From IMG/VR virus record IMGVR_UViG_2923084042_000004, positions 1 to 64,000 of that record: a DNA stretch of 64,000 nucleotides; one strand, 5' to 3'. Position 1 is the stretch's first letter. Every line of letters starts with the position of its first letter. A program made the position numbers and the translations under genes. Under the pieces are notes generated by a model. It ran no database searches, was not told where the DNA came from, and saw nothing but the letters and a program-made list of their open reading frames with translations. This document shows, piece by piece, positions 21,073 through 30,649 of the stretch. The stretch comes from a virus. Taxonomy: Duplodnaviria; Caudoviricetes.

Positions 21073-21638
21073 CTAAAAACCGAGTACCTGATCGATATAG
21101 ACTTCCTGCTTCCCGCCGCTTGAATTGCTGCGCTTGTTTTTACCGCTATCGGAATATTGCATGAGCTCGAAGAACCAGCCGATGTCCATTTCGTCCAGGT
21201 AATAGATATCCTGCGGACGTTCCATACTGTCGAGATAAAGCTTTTTAATGTCGTGTTCGAGCTTTTCGAGGAAGTCTAATGGGAAAAGGTACCCCGGCGT
21301 TAGTTTTTTGCCGGAGTCTCCGCAGTGGCTTCGCCTTCACCTTTCGCAGCTTCTGACGGTTCAACGCCTGCATTAACCGTTCCTACGACGCCTTGGATCG
21401 TATCGGAAATAGTTGAGATCATCTTTTCGGAAGAAATGCCGTCGTAGAATTCGTCAAGGGAGAACTGACCGTCATAAACGCGAACAACGTAATCAACGAG
21501 GTTGTCAAGATCGCCAACGTCCAGGTCATCGAAGTTGCTTGTTTTCGAAAGTTTGATAGCTTCGCGAAGCATTCTTCCTTTAATGAATGGCGCGCTAAAT
21601 ACTTTTTCTTCACCGTTGATTAGTAATGTAATTTGCAT
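21073..21638 (-). CDS. Tail assembly chaperone gpG (21300-21638) and -1 frameshifted gpGT (to 21073)
   Basis: gpG ends GCA AAA AAC TAA (A_AAA_AAC slippery site); the -1 frame stays open (KLTPGY...LDEMDIGWFFEL...) to TAG at 21073. Confidence 0.85.
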
Positions 21639-21719
21639 ATAAACACTCTCCTAGTTTTTGTTTTTTAAGTAGTCAAATAAAAAGAGAGCCGGCTTGCGCC
21701 GAACTCTCCGTTGAATCTA

Positions 21720-22322
21720 TTAATCTCCTGTATTTTCTTCCGGCGCAGGTGCAGACGTAGAAGGCTCGTAAACTTTCTTAAACCAATCGTTAATGACCGT
21801 CTGATTAACGCCTTCACCTTTCGTGTAAACTGAACGTCCCCAAACGCCGTCAAATTCACGACGCATAAATGTTCCGGAAATTGAATCCGTCTGGAATTCC
21901 GGACTATCCGTTTTAGTTGCGAATTCTTCTTCTTGAAGCTGGAATTTACCTTTATATAACGCGTAGAGTTTATCGCCGCCGCCCGATACTTGCGACTTAA
22001 AGAGCAACGCACCATATGGCGCCAAGTCAGTGTCTTTCTTTTCGAGTACACCGTCAGCGTTAATCGTGTGGCCGAGCAATAACGCCTGGATATCGTGAGA
22101 TAATTGGTCAACTCCGATTTCTACCTCAACGCCGCCGAAAGCTGTTTCGATTTCTGACGGACCATCATCCGCGTTCAAAGTTTCGCTGTTTGTATTCGGT
22201 GAAATAGATGCCTCGATTGCCTTACCGACCTTAACTGGCGTATCGTAAGTGGCACCTGTAGCATCGTCCTTAATCAATTTCGCAAAGTAAATATCGCGTA
22301 ATCCCATGCGTGTTCCTGCCAA
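21720..22322 (-). CDS. Major tail protein (phi13 family)
   Basis: GLRDIYFA, ADDG, APYGALLF, LYKGKF motifs. Confidence 0.9.
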   Translation of the reverse strand: MAGTRMGLRDIYFAKLIKDDATGATYDTPVKVGKAIEASISPNTNSETLNADDGPSEIETAFGGVEVEIGVDQLSHDIQALLLGHTINADGVLEKKDTDLAPYGALLFKSQVSGGGDKLYALYKGKFQLQEEEFATKTDSPEFQTDSISGTFMRREFDGVWGRSVYTKGEGVNQTVINDWFKKVYEPSTSAPAPEENTGD

Positions 22323-22324
22323 AT

Positions 22325-22669
22325 TTATTCCTCCTCTGTATTTTGCGCATAATAAAAACGGAGCACCTTGTGGTAGATCTCCGTTTCGTTTTCATATAGG
22401 TCGTACTGCCCTAAGCGACCAAAGCCCGCAGCAACGAGCTGTTTCTTAACGCCGGTTTCTAGTCGTGCGTATTCGCTAGGGTCTTTCGTATAAATATCAA
22501 CTTGAACGTAAAAGCCCGTCGCTTCCTCGGCATCTTCCGCATTGAGTGCGCTCTTTTCGTCGTAGAAGAAAAAACGGATATACGTTTCGTCCTCTCCGCG
22601 ATACTTCAGAAAAACAACGGGCACGCCCAACGGTTTAAGCGCCGAATTAACGATTGCCCGTGCACTCAT
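22325..22669 (-). CDS. Tail terminator / completion protein
   Basis: QVDIY and DLYENET motifs; position. Confidence 0.75.
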   Translation of the reverse strand: MSARAIVNSALKPLGVPVVFLKYRGEDETYIRFFFYDEKSALNAEDAEEATGFYVQVDIYTKDPSEYARLETGVKKQLVAAGFGRLGQYDLYENETEIYHKVLRFYYAQNTEEE

Positions 22670-23094
22670 CGCAATAACTCCCTTTCTAAATAGCGTCTAA
22701 TTTCGCGCTGTGCTTCGTTCTTTTTCGCGTTGAAAGACGGCTCAATGAAGGGCATCGCTTGGTGTCCGGGGTGGTCGACTTCTCTTCCGTAAAACGTAGA
22801 ACCATCGCTCATGACTTTTTTGTTCTTCGCTTTCTCTAAGTGAGGACTAGTGCCGAACTCAGCGAATCGCGATATAAAGTCGAGGTCGCTCGGTCCGATT
22901 TCGATAATGTCGTTCTTAACGTCGCTGACTAGGATCTTGCTTTGCGCACTAGGTTTTCTCGCTTCCATCTCGTCAAATACCGGTTTTGCGCCGGCTTCGA
23001 GAGCGCCTTTCTTAACGGATTGCGCTTCGCGCCCCAGCCGATTAAGCCGCGCCATTAGTTCGCGCATTCCTTTTACGTTTGATCTCGAACTCAC
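22666..23094 (-). CDS. HK97 gp10-like neck protein
   Basis: FAEFGTS...PFIEPS motif. Confidence 0.85.
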   Translation of the reverse strand: MSSRSNVKGMRELMARLNRLGREAQSVKKGALEAGAKPVFDEMEARKPSAQSKILVSDVKNDIIEIGPSDLDFISRFAEFGTSPHLEKAKNKKVMSDGSTFYGREVDHPGHQAMPFIEPSFNAKKNEAQREIRRYLERELLR

Positions 23095-23432
23095 TTAACG
23101 TTGACCTCCTCCCCAATAATCGTGAAGGTAACGTTCGCTTCGTTATCGTTGATGATGCTTTTAATCTCGAACTCGCGTCCGCCATATTTAACGCGCATCT
23201 TATTGTTGAGCAGCGAATTCATCCGCTTTGAGTACCGAATGATAAAACGGGTCGTTCTCTCGGCCTGAATCGTAGCCGCCGCGATATATTCCCGGCCCTG
23301 TAACGTCTTTACTGCCGCCCATACCGTAGCAACTGGCGTCCAGCCGTCGATCTCAAACCCTTCGTCATTCGTTGTGTTTGCGTATTGTAAAAACGTGATT
23401 CGCTTGTCTAAACTTCCGATATTTACCGCCAT
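23091..23432 (-). CDS. Head closure (head-tail adaptor) protein
   Basis: LDKRITF, TVWAAV, GRE, FIIRY motifs. Confidence 0.88.
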   Translation of the reverse strand: MAVNIGSLDKRITFLQYANTTNDEGFEIDGWTPVATVWAAVKTLQGREYIAAATIQAERTTRFIIRYSKRMNSLLNNKMRVKYGGREFEIKSIINDNEANVTFTIIGEEVNVK

Positions 23433-23436
23433 AGCC

Positions 23437-23676
23437 TCACCTCAATTGAAGGATCATACCGGCGATTTTTGTGCCGCTGTTGGCTGTCGTCCTATTTTCG
23501 TAGGCATCCGCGACAAAGATTAGCGCCGCCATTTTGTATAGGTCCGATTCGGTATCCTTTACGCCTGCGTTTTCCATGTGCTTGGCTGCTGCGGAAATAA
23601 AAAAGGAGACGAGGTTATCGTCCTCATCTCCGTCAATCCGCAAGTATTCTTTTGCTTCCTCAAGCGTAAGAGCCAT
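23437..23676 (-). CDS. Head-tail connector (gp6-like)
   Basis: LEEAKEYLRIDGDEDD...YENR. Confidence 0.88.
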   Translation of the reverse strand: MALTLEEAKEYLRIDGDEDDNLVSFFISAAAKHMENAGVKDTESDLYKMAALIFVADAYENRTTANSGTKIAGMILQLR

Positions 23677-23678
23677 CG

Positions 23679-24209
23679 TTATTCACCTGCCGGTGGTGTC
23701 GGTTCGTTAACCGTGATTGCTACCGTTTTCTTAACCGAAGGTTTCGACTTAGACGCGATAGTGATCGTGGTTGTGCCGGCCGCTTTAGCCGTTACTAAGC
23801 CTGAGCTTGATACGGTTGCTGTTGCGGTGCTACTAGACGTATAGGTCACGTTTTGGTCTGCGCCTGCTGGCGAAACCGTTGCGTTAATCTGGTACGTATC
23901 GCCGACCGTTAATGTCTTAGATGATTCCGTTACATTGACGCTTGTAGGTTCGGTCGCTAACGTTGTAACCGAAAGCTCGGCGCTAAGTGGTGACGGATCA
24001 CCGACGTTAGGAATTGCGCGAACCTGGTATTTATACGTTGTTAATTGCGTCAAGCCGCTATCTGCAAACGATGTTCCTACGCGTGTTCCGATTGATACTC
24101 CGTCTCTATATACTTCGTATTCTTTGATGCCCCCATTAAAGGTTACGGCGTCCCAACTAAGGGACACCGATGTGTCTTTAGGAGTCGCCGTTAACCCTTG
24201 GGGCGCATT
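23679..24209 (-). CDS. FN3 + Ig-like (Big_2) extension of the major capsid protein via +1 frameshift
   Basis: No RBS; frame opens at the capsid CCC TAA and reads PNAPQGLTATPKDTSVSLSWD (FN3 start), then a Big_2-like domain. Confidence 0.82.
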   Translation of the reverse strand, partial: NAPQGLTATPKDTSVSLSWDAVTFNGGIKEYEVYRDGVSIGTRVGTSFADSGLTQLTTYKYQVRAIPNVGDPSPLSAELSVTTLATEPTSVNVTESSKTLTVGDTYQINATVSPAGADQNVTYTSSSTATATVSSSGLVTAKAAGTTTITIASKSKPSVKKTVAITVNEPTPPAGE

Positions 24210-25362
24210 AGGGCGAAGTTACGACGGACGCGATACGGAAAGCAGATTTAAGTTTGATTTTGTGATCGAACCAAGCAGTCAGTACGAATAAGTTTTCGCC
24301 TGTGCTGATGTCTTTGTCGCTTTCGTAAGTGATCGCTGGATCGTAGTTAAAGTGAGAGTAACGGAAGTCACCGACGATTGGTTTAACCGCAGCATCAGAG
24401 AATACAACCGGTTTACCGATGATTTGCTCTGGCTGAGCGTTGTAAAGAGTTGCGCTGCCGTTCGCAAGAGTTTCGATCATTTCAAGGTAATCAGAGTAGC
24501 GCATCATAACTTTTGCGTTATCACGGAAATCTTCTGCAAGATCAGCGATCGCCGCTTTGATTGCTTTATATGTGCTATCTCCCGGGACTTCTTTGATTCC
24601 AGCACCGTAGAATGACATTTCTTCTTCGCCAGTTTTCGGAGTCACAGCGAAAGAAACTTTCTTTTCTTTGGCAGCCAAACCGGATTGAAGCGCTCTCTCA
24701 ACAGTAGAAACCAAGTCAGTATCAGTTGCAGCCAAAATAGTTTCAGAGATTTTAGCTTTAACTTTGAACTTGCGACGGCCGAAAGTAACGACTGAACCTT
24801 CAACTTCTAATTCCTTAGCAGTCTGTGTATCTTGAATGAAGTCGTCATCATCTAAAGAAAAGTCCACTTTAGGGATCTCAAGATTTGTAACGTTAGTGTA
24901 AGTTGATACACTGCGTAATGGGTTTGTTACAAAAGGCTCGTGTAAAAGCTCTTGTGAAACTGTTTTAGGAAGGAGTTTTTCGCCACCAGTTCCATTGTTG
25001 TCCCCTAAAACCGCTCTAACTTCTTGTGCAGGAACTTCTTTACGTACAGCTGCGCGAATGAATCCGGCTTTAGCTGAGATTTTTTGTACTTCAGGATCGT
25101 TACTGGATAGCCCCGCAGATACGCCGGCTTTTGCTTTTTCTAAGCTCGCTTGGATTTTCGCTTTCTGTTCGCGCTCTAAAGAATCATGTTGGTTTTGAAG
25201 GATGTCCATACGCTCTTTAAGGTCCTCTCTTTTTCCTTTAAGTGCTTTAACATCGTCGATAGAGATAGTTGGATCTGCCGCTTTATCCATGATTTCTTTT
25301 TCAACTGCCGCTAATTGTGTACCTACTGTGTTTAAGTGAGCCTTCAGATCAAATAGTTCCAT
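24208..25362 (-). CDS. Major capsid protein (HK97 fold)
   Basis: Coiled-coil delta domain, GGEKLLP, PIVGDF motifs; follows the protease. Confidence 0.93.
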   Translation of the reverse strand: MELFDLKAHLNTVGTQLAAVEKEIMDKAADPTISIDDVKALKGKREDLKERMDILQNQHDSLEREQKAKIQASLEKAKAGVSAGLSSNDPEVQKISAKAGFIRAAVRKEVPAQEVRAVLGDNNGTGGEKLLPKTVSQELLHEPFVTNPLRSVSTYTNVTNLEIPKVDFSLDDDDFIQDTQTAKELEVEGSVVTFGRRKFKVKAKISETILAATDTDLVSTVERALQSGLAAKEKKVSFAVTPKTGEEEMSFYGAGIKEVPGDSTYKAIKAAIADLAEDFRDNAKVMMRYSDYLEMIETLANGSATLYNAQPEQIIGKPVVFSDAAVKPIVGDFRYSHFNYDPAITYESDKDISTGENLFVLTAWFDHKIKLKSAFRIASVVTSP

Positions 25363-26099
25363 TAAATAATTCCCCCATTTTTGAGTTTTAGTAAGTTGGT
25401 TTGTGCTTCCGCGATTAATTGCTCGCGTTCCAGGCGCTCTCTTTCCGCCTGCTTTTCGTCTTCTTGCGTCTGATTAAGTAAAGCGTCCGGAGTATTCCGG
25501 TAACTCGCGAATAACTTCGTATCTACTTTCGCGGCCACTTGCTTAGGTGCTTCAATGCTGTCGCAAAGCCCTAATTCGAGGCATTCTTGCGCTGTAAGCC
25601 ACGTTTCAGCGTCTAAAAGCGCGATTAATCGGTCGCGATCAAGCTTTTCGCCTGCTTTTCCGAGATAAGCCTCGATAATACTTTCGCGAATACGGTCCAT
25701 GTCATCGGCTTGCTTGCGGAGTTCAGTCGAGTTTCCGATTGCGAATGTCCACGGATTGTGAATCATCATCATCGCGTTTGCGGGCATAAAAATAGCGTCA
25801 CCAGACATTGCGATGACGCTTGCGATACTGGCCGCCAGCCCGTCGACATAAACGTTAACGCGGGCTTTGTGCCGCTTTATAATGTTGTAGATCGAAGTTC
25901 CCTCGAAAACGGACCCGCCAGGCGAGTTAATATAGATATTTAGCGTTGAAACGTCGCCAAGTTCGTCTAAATCCGCCTTAAAAGTCTGCGCTGTTACTTC
26001 GTCGCCCTCAAATTGAGCCGAACTGATTTCGCTGTAAATGTAAACTTCGCCAGCTTTAGCGTCATTCTTCGCCGCTTTGATTTCCCAAAACTTCTTTAT
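25362..26099 (-). CDS. ClpP-type prohead protease (likely ATA start at 26099)
   Basis: INSPGGSV, GLAASIASVI, MMIHNP, ETWLTA motifs. Confidence 0.9.
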   Translation of the reverse strand: MKKFWEIKAAKNDAKAGEVYIYSEISSAQFEGDEVTAQTFKADLDELGDVSTLNIYINSPGGSVFEGTSIYNIIKRHKARVNVYVDGLAASIASVIAMSGDAIFMPANAMMMIHNPWTFAIGNSTELRKQADDMDRIRESIIEAYLGKAGEKLDRDRLIALLDAETWLTAQECLELGLCDSIEAPKQVAAKVDTKLFASYRNTPDALLNQTQEDEKQAERERLEREQLIAEAQTNLLKLKNGGII

Positions 26100-27360
26100 C
26101 GTCCTCACCTCCTTTCGAGTCTTCGTTATCATCTTCGTTAGTTTTTAACGTTGGAGGCGTTGGCGCGTCGGTGCTCGTGATTTTCTGCTGTGCGACTTGA
26201 TCGATCGGGAATAAGTCTTTGCTTAAATAAAGCGTATCTCCGCCCTTTTCTGGCGGTAGATCCTCCCACGCACGCACCTCATTCGGCTTAAACCAGCCGC
26301 TCCGGATGCCTTTTTGGTAGAAATCTCCGCGAGTCCTCATGTCCCCCCGCAATAACGCGTTCATGTTGAACTTAAAATAATAACCGGACTTGCGTTCCTT
26401 TTCGGTCAGCAGCTTCCGGTTAAATTCCTTTTCGTATTGAGCTGCGATAGGCATCAACGTGCCTTGTACATAATCGATGTAAAGTTGCTCCATGTTCGAT
26501 ACGCTGCCTTGCGTTTCACCGAGCATATATAACGGAATGTTAAAAGCCTGCGCAACCCTTGAACGGGTCACTTTTTCGACCTCGAACGCCTTTGTATCGA
26601 TGAATTCCTTCTTTAAATCCTTAATTTCAACGCCAGGTTCTTGAATTAGAATGCCGCCATTGTTCGAATAGAAGTTCCGGAAGTTCTCTAACATCGCTGT
26701 TTTCCGATCATCATCGAGTTGGTTGGCAACTTTGAGAATGAACGATATCTTGGCACCATCCATCTGTTCGAGACTGAACGTCCTTACATCGCGATCAAAG
26801 TCGAGCGCGTTCCGTAGTACCTTTAACGGCGAGATTCCTTTCAGTCCGTCAACTGACGTATACTTAACGTGAATCATATCCATGTTGTGAACTAAGTAGT
26901 TTCCATTGTCTCCGAATATCTCGTACCAGAGCTCACGAGACGTTTCTTCAATGACCGGTTGCACTCTCGAAGGATCTAGAACGTCCAATCCGACGACTTC
27001 GTAACGAATGTTGTACCGTTTTATCGCGTAAGCATTGCCGTAAACAGCTCGATGCGTCTCTAAAAGTCCGATCAATTCACCGGAAGTCATGTTATGGTTC
27101 GGCGCGTACGTTAATAGTTCGGATGCCTGCGACTCAATCGGCTGATAATTTTTGTACGCTTTGATCGGTAAGCTCGCCATCGTATTTGATAGCCGCGATA
27201 CAGCCGAAAAGACCGTTTCGTTATCCGCCAGCGCATGTTCTCCGTAAGTTCCAAACAATGTAGCGCGAGGAATAAACCAACGCGTTAAATCCTTTTTAAC
27301 GGCCGCCTTTGCTTCGGTTGCGCCTCCGAAAAAGCTTCGTACGTTGCTCCAAAAGCCCAT
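26062..27360 (-). CDS. Portal protein (HK97 family)
   Basis: MIHVK, GISP, NEVRAWEDLPP motifs. Confidence 0.93.
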   Translation of the reverse strand: MGFWSNVRSFFGGATEAKAAVKKDLTRWFIPRATLFGTYGEHALADNETVFSAVSRLSNTMASLPIKAYKNYQPIESQASELLTYAPNHNMTSGELIGLLETHRAVYGNAYAIKRYNIRYEVVGLDVLDPSRVQPVIEETSRELWYEIFGDNGNYLVHNMDMIHVKYTSVDGLKGISPLKVLRNALDFDRDVRTFSLEQMDGAKISFILKVANQLDDDRKTAMLENFRNFYSNNGGILIQEPGVEIKDLKKEFIDTKAFEVEKVTRSRVAQAFNIPLYMLGETQGSVSNMEQLYIDYVQGTLMPIAAQYEKEFNRKLLTEKERKSGYYFKFNMNALLRGDMRTRGDFYQKGIRSGWFKPNEVRAWEDLPPEKGGDTLYLSKDLFPIDQVAQQKITSTDAPTPPTLKTNEDDNEDSKGGEDDKEVLGNQSGEE

Positions 27361-27371
27361 TTTCTCACCTC

Positions 27372-29162
27372 CTAACCGTTTAATAGATCGTTAATCGAGA
27401 TAAATCCGACGCTTCCGCCTTCAACCGGCTTCGTCATGTCGAGATATACCTGCGAATGGGCGTTCAGGAACGCAGCAAAGCCGTCTATTTTTCGATAGCG
27501 CGTCTGTTTGGTCGGCAGCCAGTTTCCGTTACGATCTTCGACCAGCTTGACGTTGTTTAAATACCACGTAAAGAGTTTGTTTTCGTTATATACGACTCTT
27601 CCGTCGAGCAGTAATTCTTTAACGTTCTTCAACGGATCACTTAGCGTAATGTAACCCTGCCGCACGACCTCCGTTTGGAAGCCGTAGTTCTGCAGGTCTT
27701 GCACCAACCGCATCGCATTCGCCGGGTCAAACGTGATCTTTTCGATCTGATATTTGCGCGACATTTCCACGAACCAATCGTAAACGTACTCGTATTCAAC
27801 GTATTCGCCCGGAATAATCGTCAAATAACCGTCGGCCTCAAACCCACGGTAGTCAATTTTTTCGTTATCTTTTTGTACTTTTGCCGCCGGGACCCACGAA
27901 TGAGACAAAACAAAAACGCGATTATCCGGCAAAATAAATTCCAGACACGCACTCGTAAAGTCTTCCGTTTGTGATAAGTCGAAGCCGCCAATACATCTCA
28001 TGCCGCGCAACGATTCCGGATCTACATGTCCGTTATTGCGCTTAATGACTTCGAAGTCGATAAAGCTTTCCTCGCCGTTGTCAACGAAGATATTGAACCG
28101 CTTGACCAGCCAATCGTTGTATTCGCGTGGTACGTGGCGATCCGCGTTAAAGTCTTGGATCATTGACGGAATATCCATCGTTACACCGATGTTCGGGTTC
28201 GCTTTGATCCACATTTCTGGGTTTTCGACCTCGGATATGTCGTCTAATTCCGCCATAAAGTAGAAATTTCGTTCTTGAACGTTGCTTCCGTCAAGAACAT
28301 CGGAGGCAATTTCGTAATATTCGACTAAGGGACCGTCCAGCTGATAGCCTGCCGTCGTAATGTAAATGATTAACGGCTGGGTCCGCGCAGCCCTTGAGTT
28401 CTTGATTACGCTTATAAGCTTCGAATCTTTAAATTCGTGAATCTCATCGAAAATACCGAGATGCGTGTTCAAACCGTCCAACTTTTCGCTATCTGACGCC
28501 CGCGCTTCGATTTGACTCATTGACGCGTCGTGATAAATGCCTTTCTGATTCTCGCGAATATGTTTCCGTAGCTTTGGCGATTTTCTAATCATGGCGCGAC
28601 TCTCTTCGAAAAGCACGCCCGCTTGCTGCTTCGAGTTGGCTAAAACGTAGGCTCTGGCGCCTGGTTCACCGTCTTTTGTTATCGCAAAGTTGGCTAATCC
28701 GCTGATTTTCGTTGTTTTTCCGTTCTTACGGCCGACAAATATAAGCCCTTCGCGGAAACGCCGTAGCCCAGTGTCGCGATGAACCCAACCGTATAGCGAT
28801 CCAATTACGAAATGCTGCCACGGCTGAAGCGTTAAGTTTGAATACCGACCTTGCGATGGCTTACAATACCGTTCGATAAATTGTATTGGTCGGTGCCCTT
28901 TTTCCTCATCAAAGACGTAAGGGAATTCGTCTGTGCCGGCGCGTTCAAGATCGCGAAGGTGACGTTTGCAAGCGAGAATGTTTTTCTTACTCGCGACTAT
29001 TTCACCCGACGCTACCTTTTCCGCATACCAAGTCGTTAGCAACTTTTCGGACGGTTTTTCGCGTATAAATCCGGCTATTTTTTGCGTTTTTAGCCAGTTT
29101 TCGTACCATTTTTCGACCTCTGTGGCGTTAGAATTTACTGAAATCGTCGTCATCGTCATCAC
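27372..29162 (-). CDS. Terminase large subunit
   Basis: GRKNGKT Walker A, IFDEIHE Walker B, GFDLS and KIDG nuclease motifs. Confidence 0.95.
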   Translation of the reverse strand: MMTMTTISVNSNATEVEKWYENWLKTQKIAGFIREKPSEKLLTTWYAEKVASGEIVASKKNILACKRHLRDLERAGTDEFPYVFDEEKGHRPIQFIERYCKPSQGRYSNLTLQPWQHFVIGSLYGWVHRDTGLRRFREGLIFVGRKNGKTTKISGLANFAITKDGEPGARAYVLANSKQQAGVLFEESRAMIRKSPKLRKHIRENQKGIYHDASMSQIEARASDSEKLDGLNTHLGIFDEIHEFKDSKLISVIKNSRAARTQPLIIYITTAGYQLDGPLVEYYEIASDVLDGSNVQERNFYFMAELDDISEVENPEMWIKANPNIGVTMDIPSMIQDFNADRHVPREYNDWLVKRFNIFVDNGEESFIDFEVIKRNNGHVDPESLRGMRCIGGFDLSQTEDFTSACLEFILPDNRVFVLSHSWVPAAKVQKDNEKIDYRGFEADGYLTIIPGEYVEYEYVYDWFVEMSRKYQIEKITFDPANAMRLVQDLQNYGFQTEVVRQGYITLSDPLKNVKELLLDGRVVYNENKLFTWYLNNVKLVEDRNGNWLPTKQTRYRKIDGFAAFLNAHSQVYLDMTKPVEGGSVGFISINDLLNG

Positions 29163-29451
29163 CGCCCGCGTTTAATTCCTTGCGTTGTGCCGGCGTTAGA
29201 TCGAGCGACTTCAGAAGGTTATTTAACGTTGTAACCGTCTTCGTAAGCTCAATCGCTAACGGATTTTTGACGAGGTTTTCCGCGCCTGCCTTGTTCGTAT
29301 GCCGCATCATTAAAGGGTTTTCCGCCACTTCCTTTTTTAATCGGCGGTAGAACTTATGCGTATCGATATAAAGTTCGATAAGCTCTTCGTCCGATTCCGT
29401 ATACCTGTCGCCAAGATATTCGCGCAGCCTTTTCGCAGTGGGTACCGCCAT
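29128..29451 (-). CDS. Terminase small subunit (P27 family)
   Basis: TNKAGA.NLVKNP...LTPAQR. Confidence 0.88.
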   Translation of the reverse strand: MAVPTAKRLREYLGDRYTESDEELIELYIDTHKFYRRLKKEVAENPLMMRHTNKAGAENLVKNPLAIELTKTVTTLNNLLKSLDLTPAQRKELNAGGDDDDDDFSKF

Positions 29452-29518
29452 ATGATCGCTCCTTTCATCCGGGGATTTACCCCCTTTAATGTAAAATTTC
29501 CGGTCGCGCTACAAGCGA

Positions 29519-29536
29519 AGGGGCCCCGCCGGTCCC
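29519..29536. other. Candidate cos site
   Basis: GC-rich GGGCCCCGCCGGTCCC between the HNH and terS genes, the usual cos position in HNH-terS-terL phages; cut site unknown. Confidence 0.45.
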
Positions 29537-29572
29537 TACGTTTTTGCCTTCGAAATCCCAAGGTACGGGGGG

Positions 29573-29914
29573 CTATAGCTCCGGATTAGCCTGCGCCTTC
29601 ACCACGTTTATTCTGCGCTTCTTAGCCGTTTTCGCAGCCGATCCAGCGCCTTTTTCCGAGTGCCTTCGGTTGTGGCACGGATTGCACAAACTTACGAGAT
29701 TTTCGAGCGTTAGCGCTAATTCCGGATGATCTCGTAATTCTTTGATATGATGAACCGTCTGAGCCTTCGTTATCTTACGTTCTTTGAGACAGTCTTGGCA
29801 TACGTTGTGGTCGCGCGTAAGAGCCAACGCTCTGCATTCCGTCCATGCCTTCGACTTATAGAACGCTCGCGCTTCGGGATCGCGTTTATGTTTGTCGTAG
29901 TAGTTATGCGCCAT
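29573..29914 (-). CDS. Terminase-associated HNH endonuclease
   Basis: FYKSKAW, CQDC, VHHIK, LCNPCHNRRH. Confidence 0.92.
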   Translation of the reverse strand: MAHNYYDKHKRDPEARAFYKSKAWTECRALALTRDHNVCQDCLKERKITKAQTVHHIKELRDHPELALTLENLVSLCNPCHNRRHSEKGAGSAAKTAKKRRINVVKAQANPEL

Positions 29915-29915
29915 G

Positions 29916-30098
29916 CTATAGATCAGCTCGCAACGTAAAGTCTCGGTATGTTCCCGTTACTTCCGTATCTGTCCTACGCACATACAGATCATAAGTACCG
30001 TCTAGCTCCTTCGTAACTACACACCGGTCTACATCGCCGTCTAGTATCTCGTCTAATACCCCGCGTATATTTGCCTTCTGCTCATCTGATAGATACAT
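29916..30098 (-). CDS. Hypothetical phage protein
   Basis: GGAGG RBS, packed in operon. Confidence 0.55.
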   Translation of the reverse strand: MYLSDEQKANIRGVLDEILDGDVDRCVVTKELDGTYDLYVRRTDTEVTGTYRDFTLRADL

Positions 30099-30100
30099 CG

Positions 30101-30409
30101 CTATCCCTCCGTTTCCTTACGTTTATAATGTAATTCGAATGCTCCATCGCCACTCTTCGTGAAGATAAGCTGGATTGCCTCATCGTTTATTAGAGCGGAT
30201 ACGTACCTTTTAATGAATTCTCGTTCTCCTTCCGTAGTGAATCCCGGAAGCTTCACCTTTCCGTAGTCCTCGTACGCCGAGACAGCTAGTGTAATAGGTT
30301 CTGTATATCCGGGATAAGCCCTAATATATGCAGGCGTTATATCGTAGTTGCGATTATATAAATACCTAACGGAATCGAGCGCATTATTGATCGGGTTATC
30401 CAACGTCAT
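30101..30409 (-). CDS. Hypothetical phage protein
   Basis: GGAGG RBS, packed in operon. Confidence 0.55.
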   Translation of the reverse strand: MTLDNPINNALDSVRYLYNRNYDITPAYIRAYPGYTEPITLAVSAYEDYGKVKLPGFTTEGEREFIKRYVSALINDEAIQLIFTKSGDGAFELHYKRKETEG

Positions 30410-30649
30410 CCTCCGTTCTAATAGATATAAAACCTAGCGCCCATTCCGGTCGCTTACGCTCCCTACATGTACGCAGATATTAATACCTTGATCGCGATTA
30501 GTAATAATAGTGGATTGCAAGATCCACAAGATAAAGAGAAGAAATCAACCGAAAACAGGCGCCATCCTTACAGCGCCAAGGCTTCGATCCACTTTCGATT
30601 GGTGCAGTTTTCGCCTTATATTCGGGCTTATTGGTGCAGTTTTGACCGC

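Noticed and set aside
15975-21164. Many long plus-strand ORFs opposite the tape measure gene (and similar shadows elsewhere)
   Set aside because: Antisense shadows of real genes, with no RBS or recognisable motifs.
21665-21730. Frameshift extension of the major tail protein
   Set aside because: No CCC-TAA or slippery site at the stop, and a terminator-like hairpin follows.
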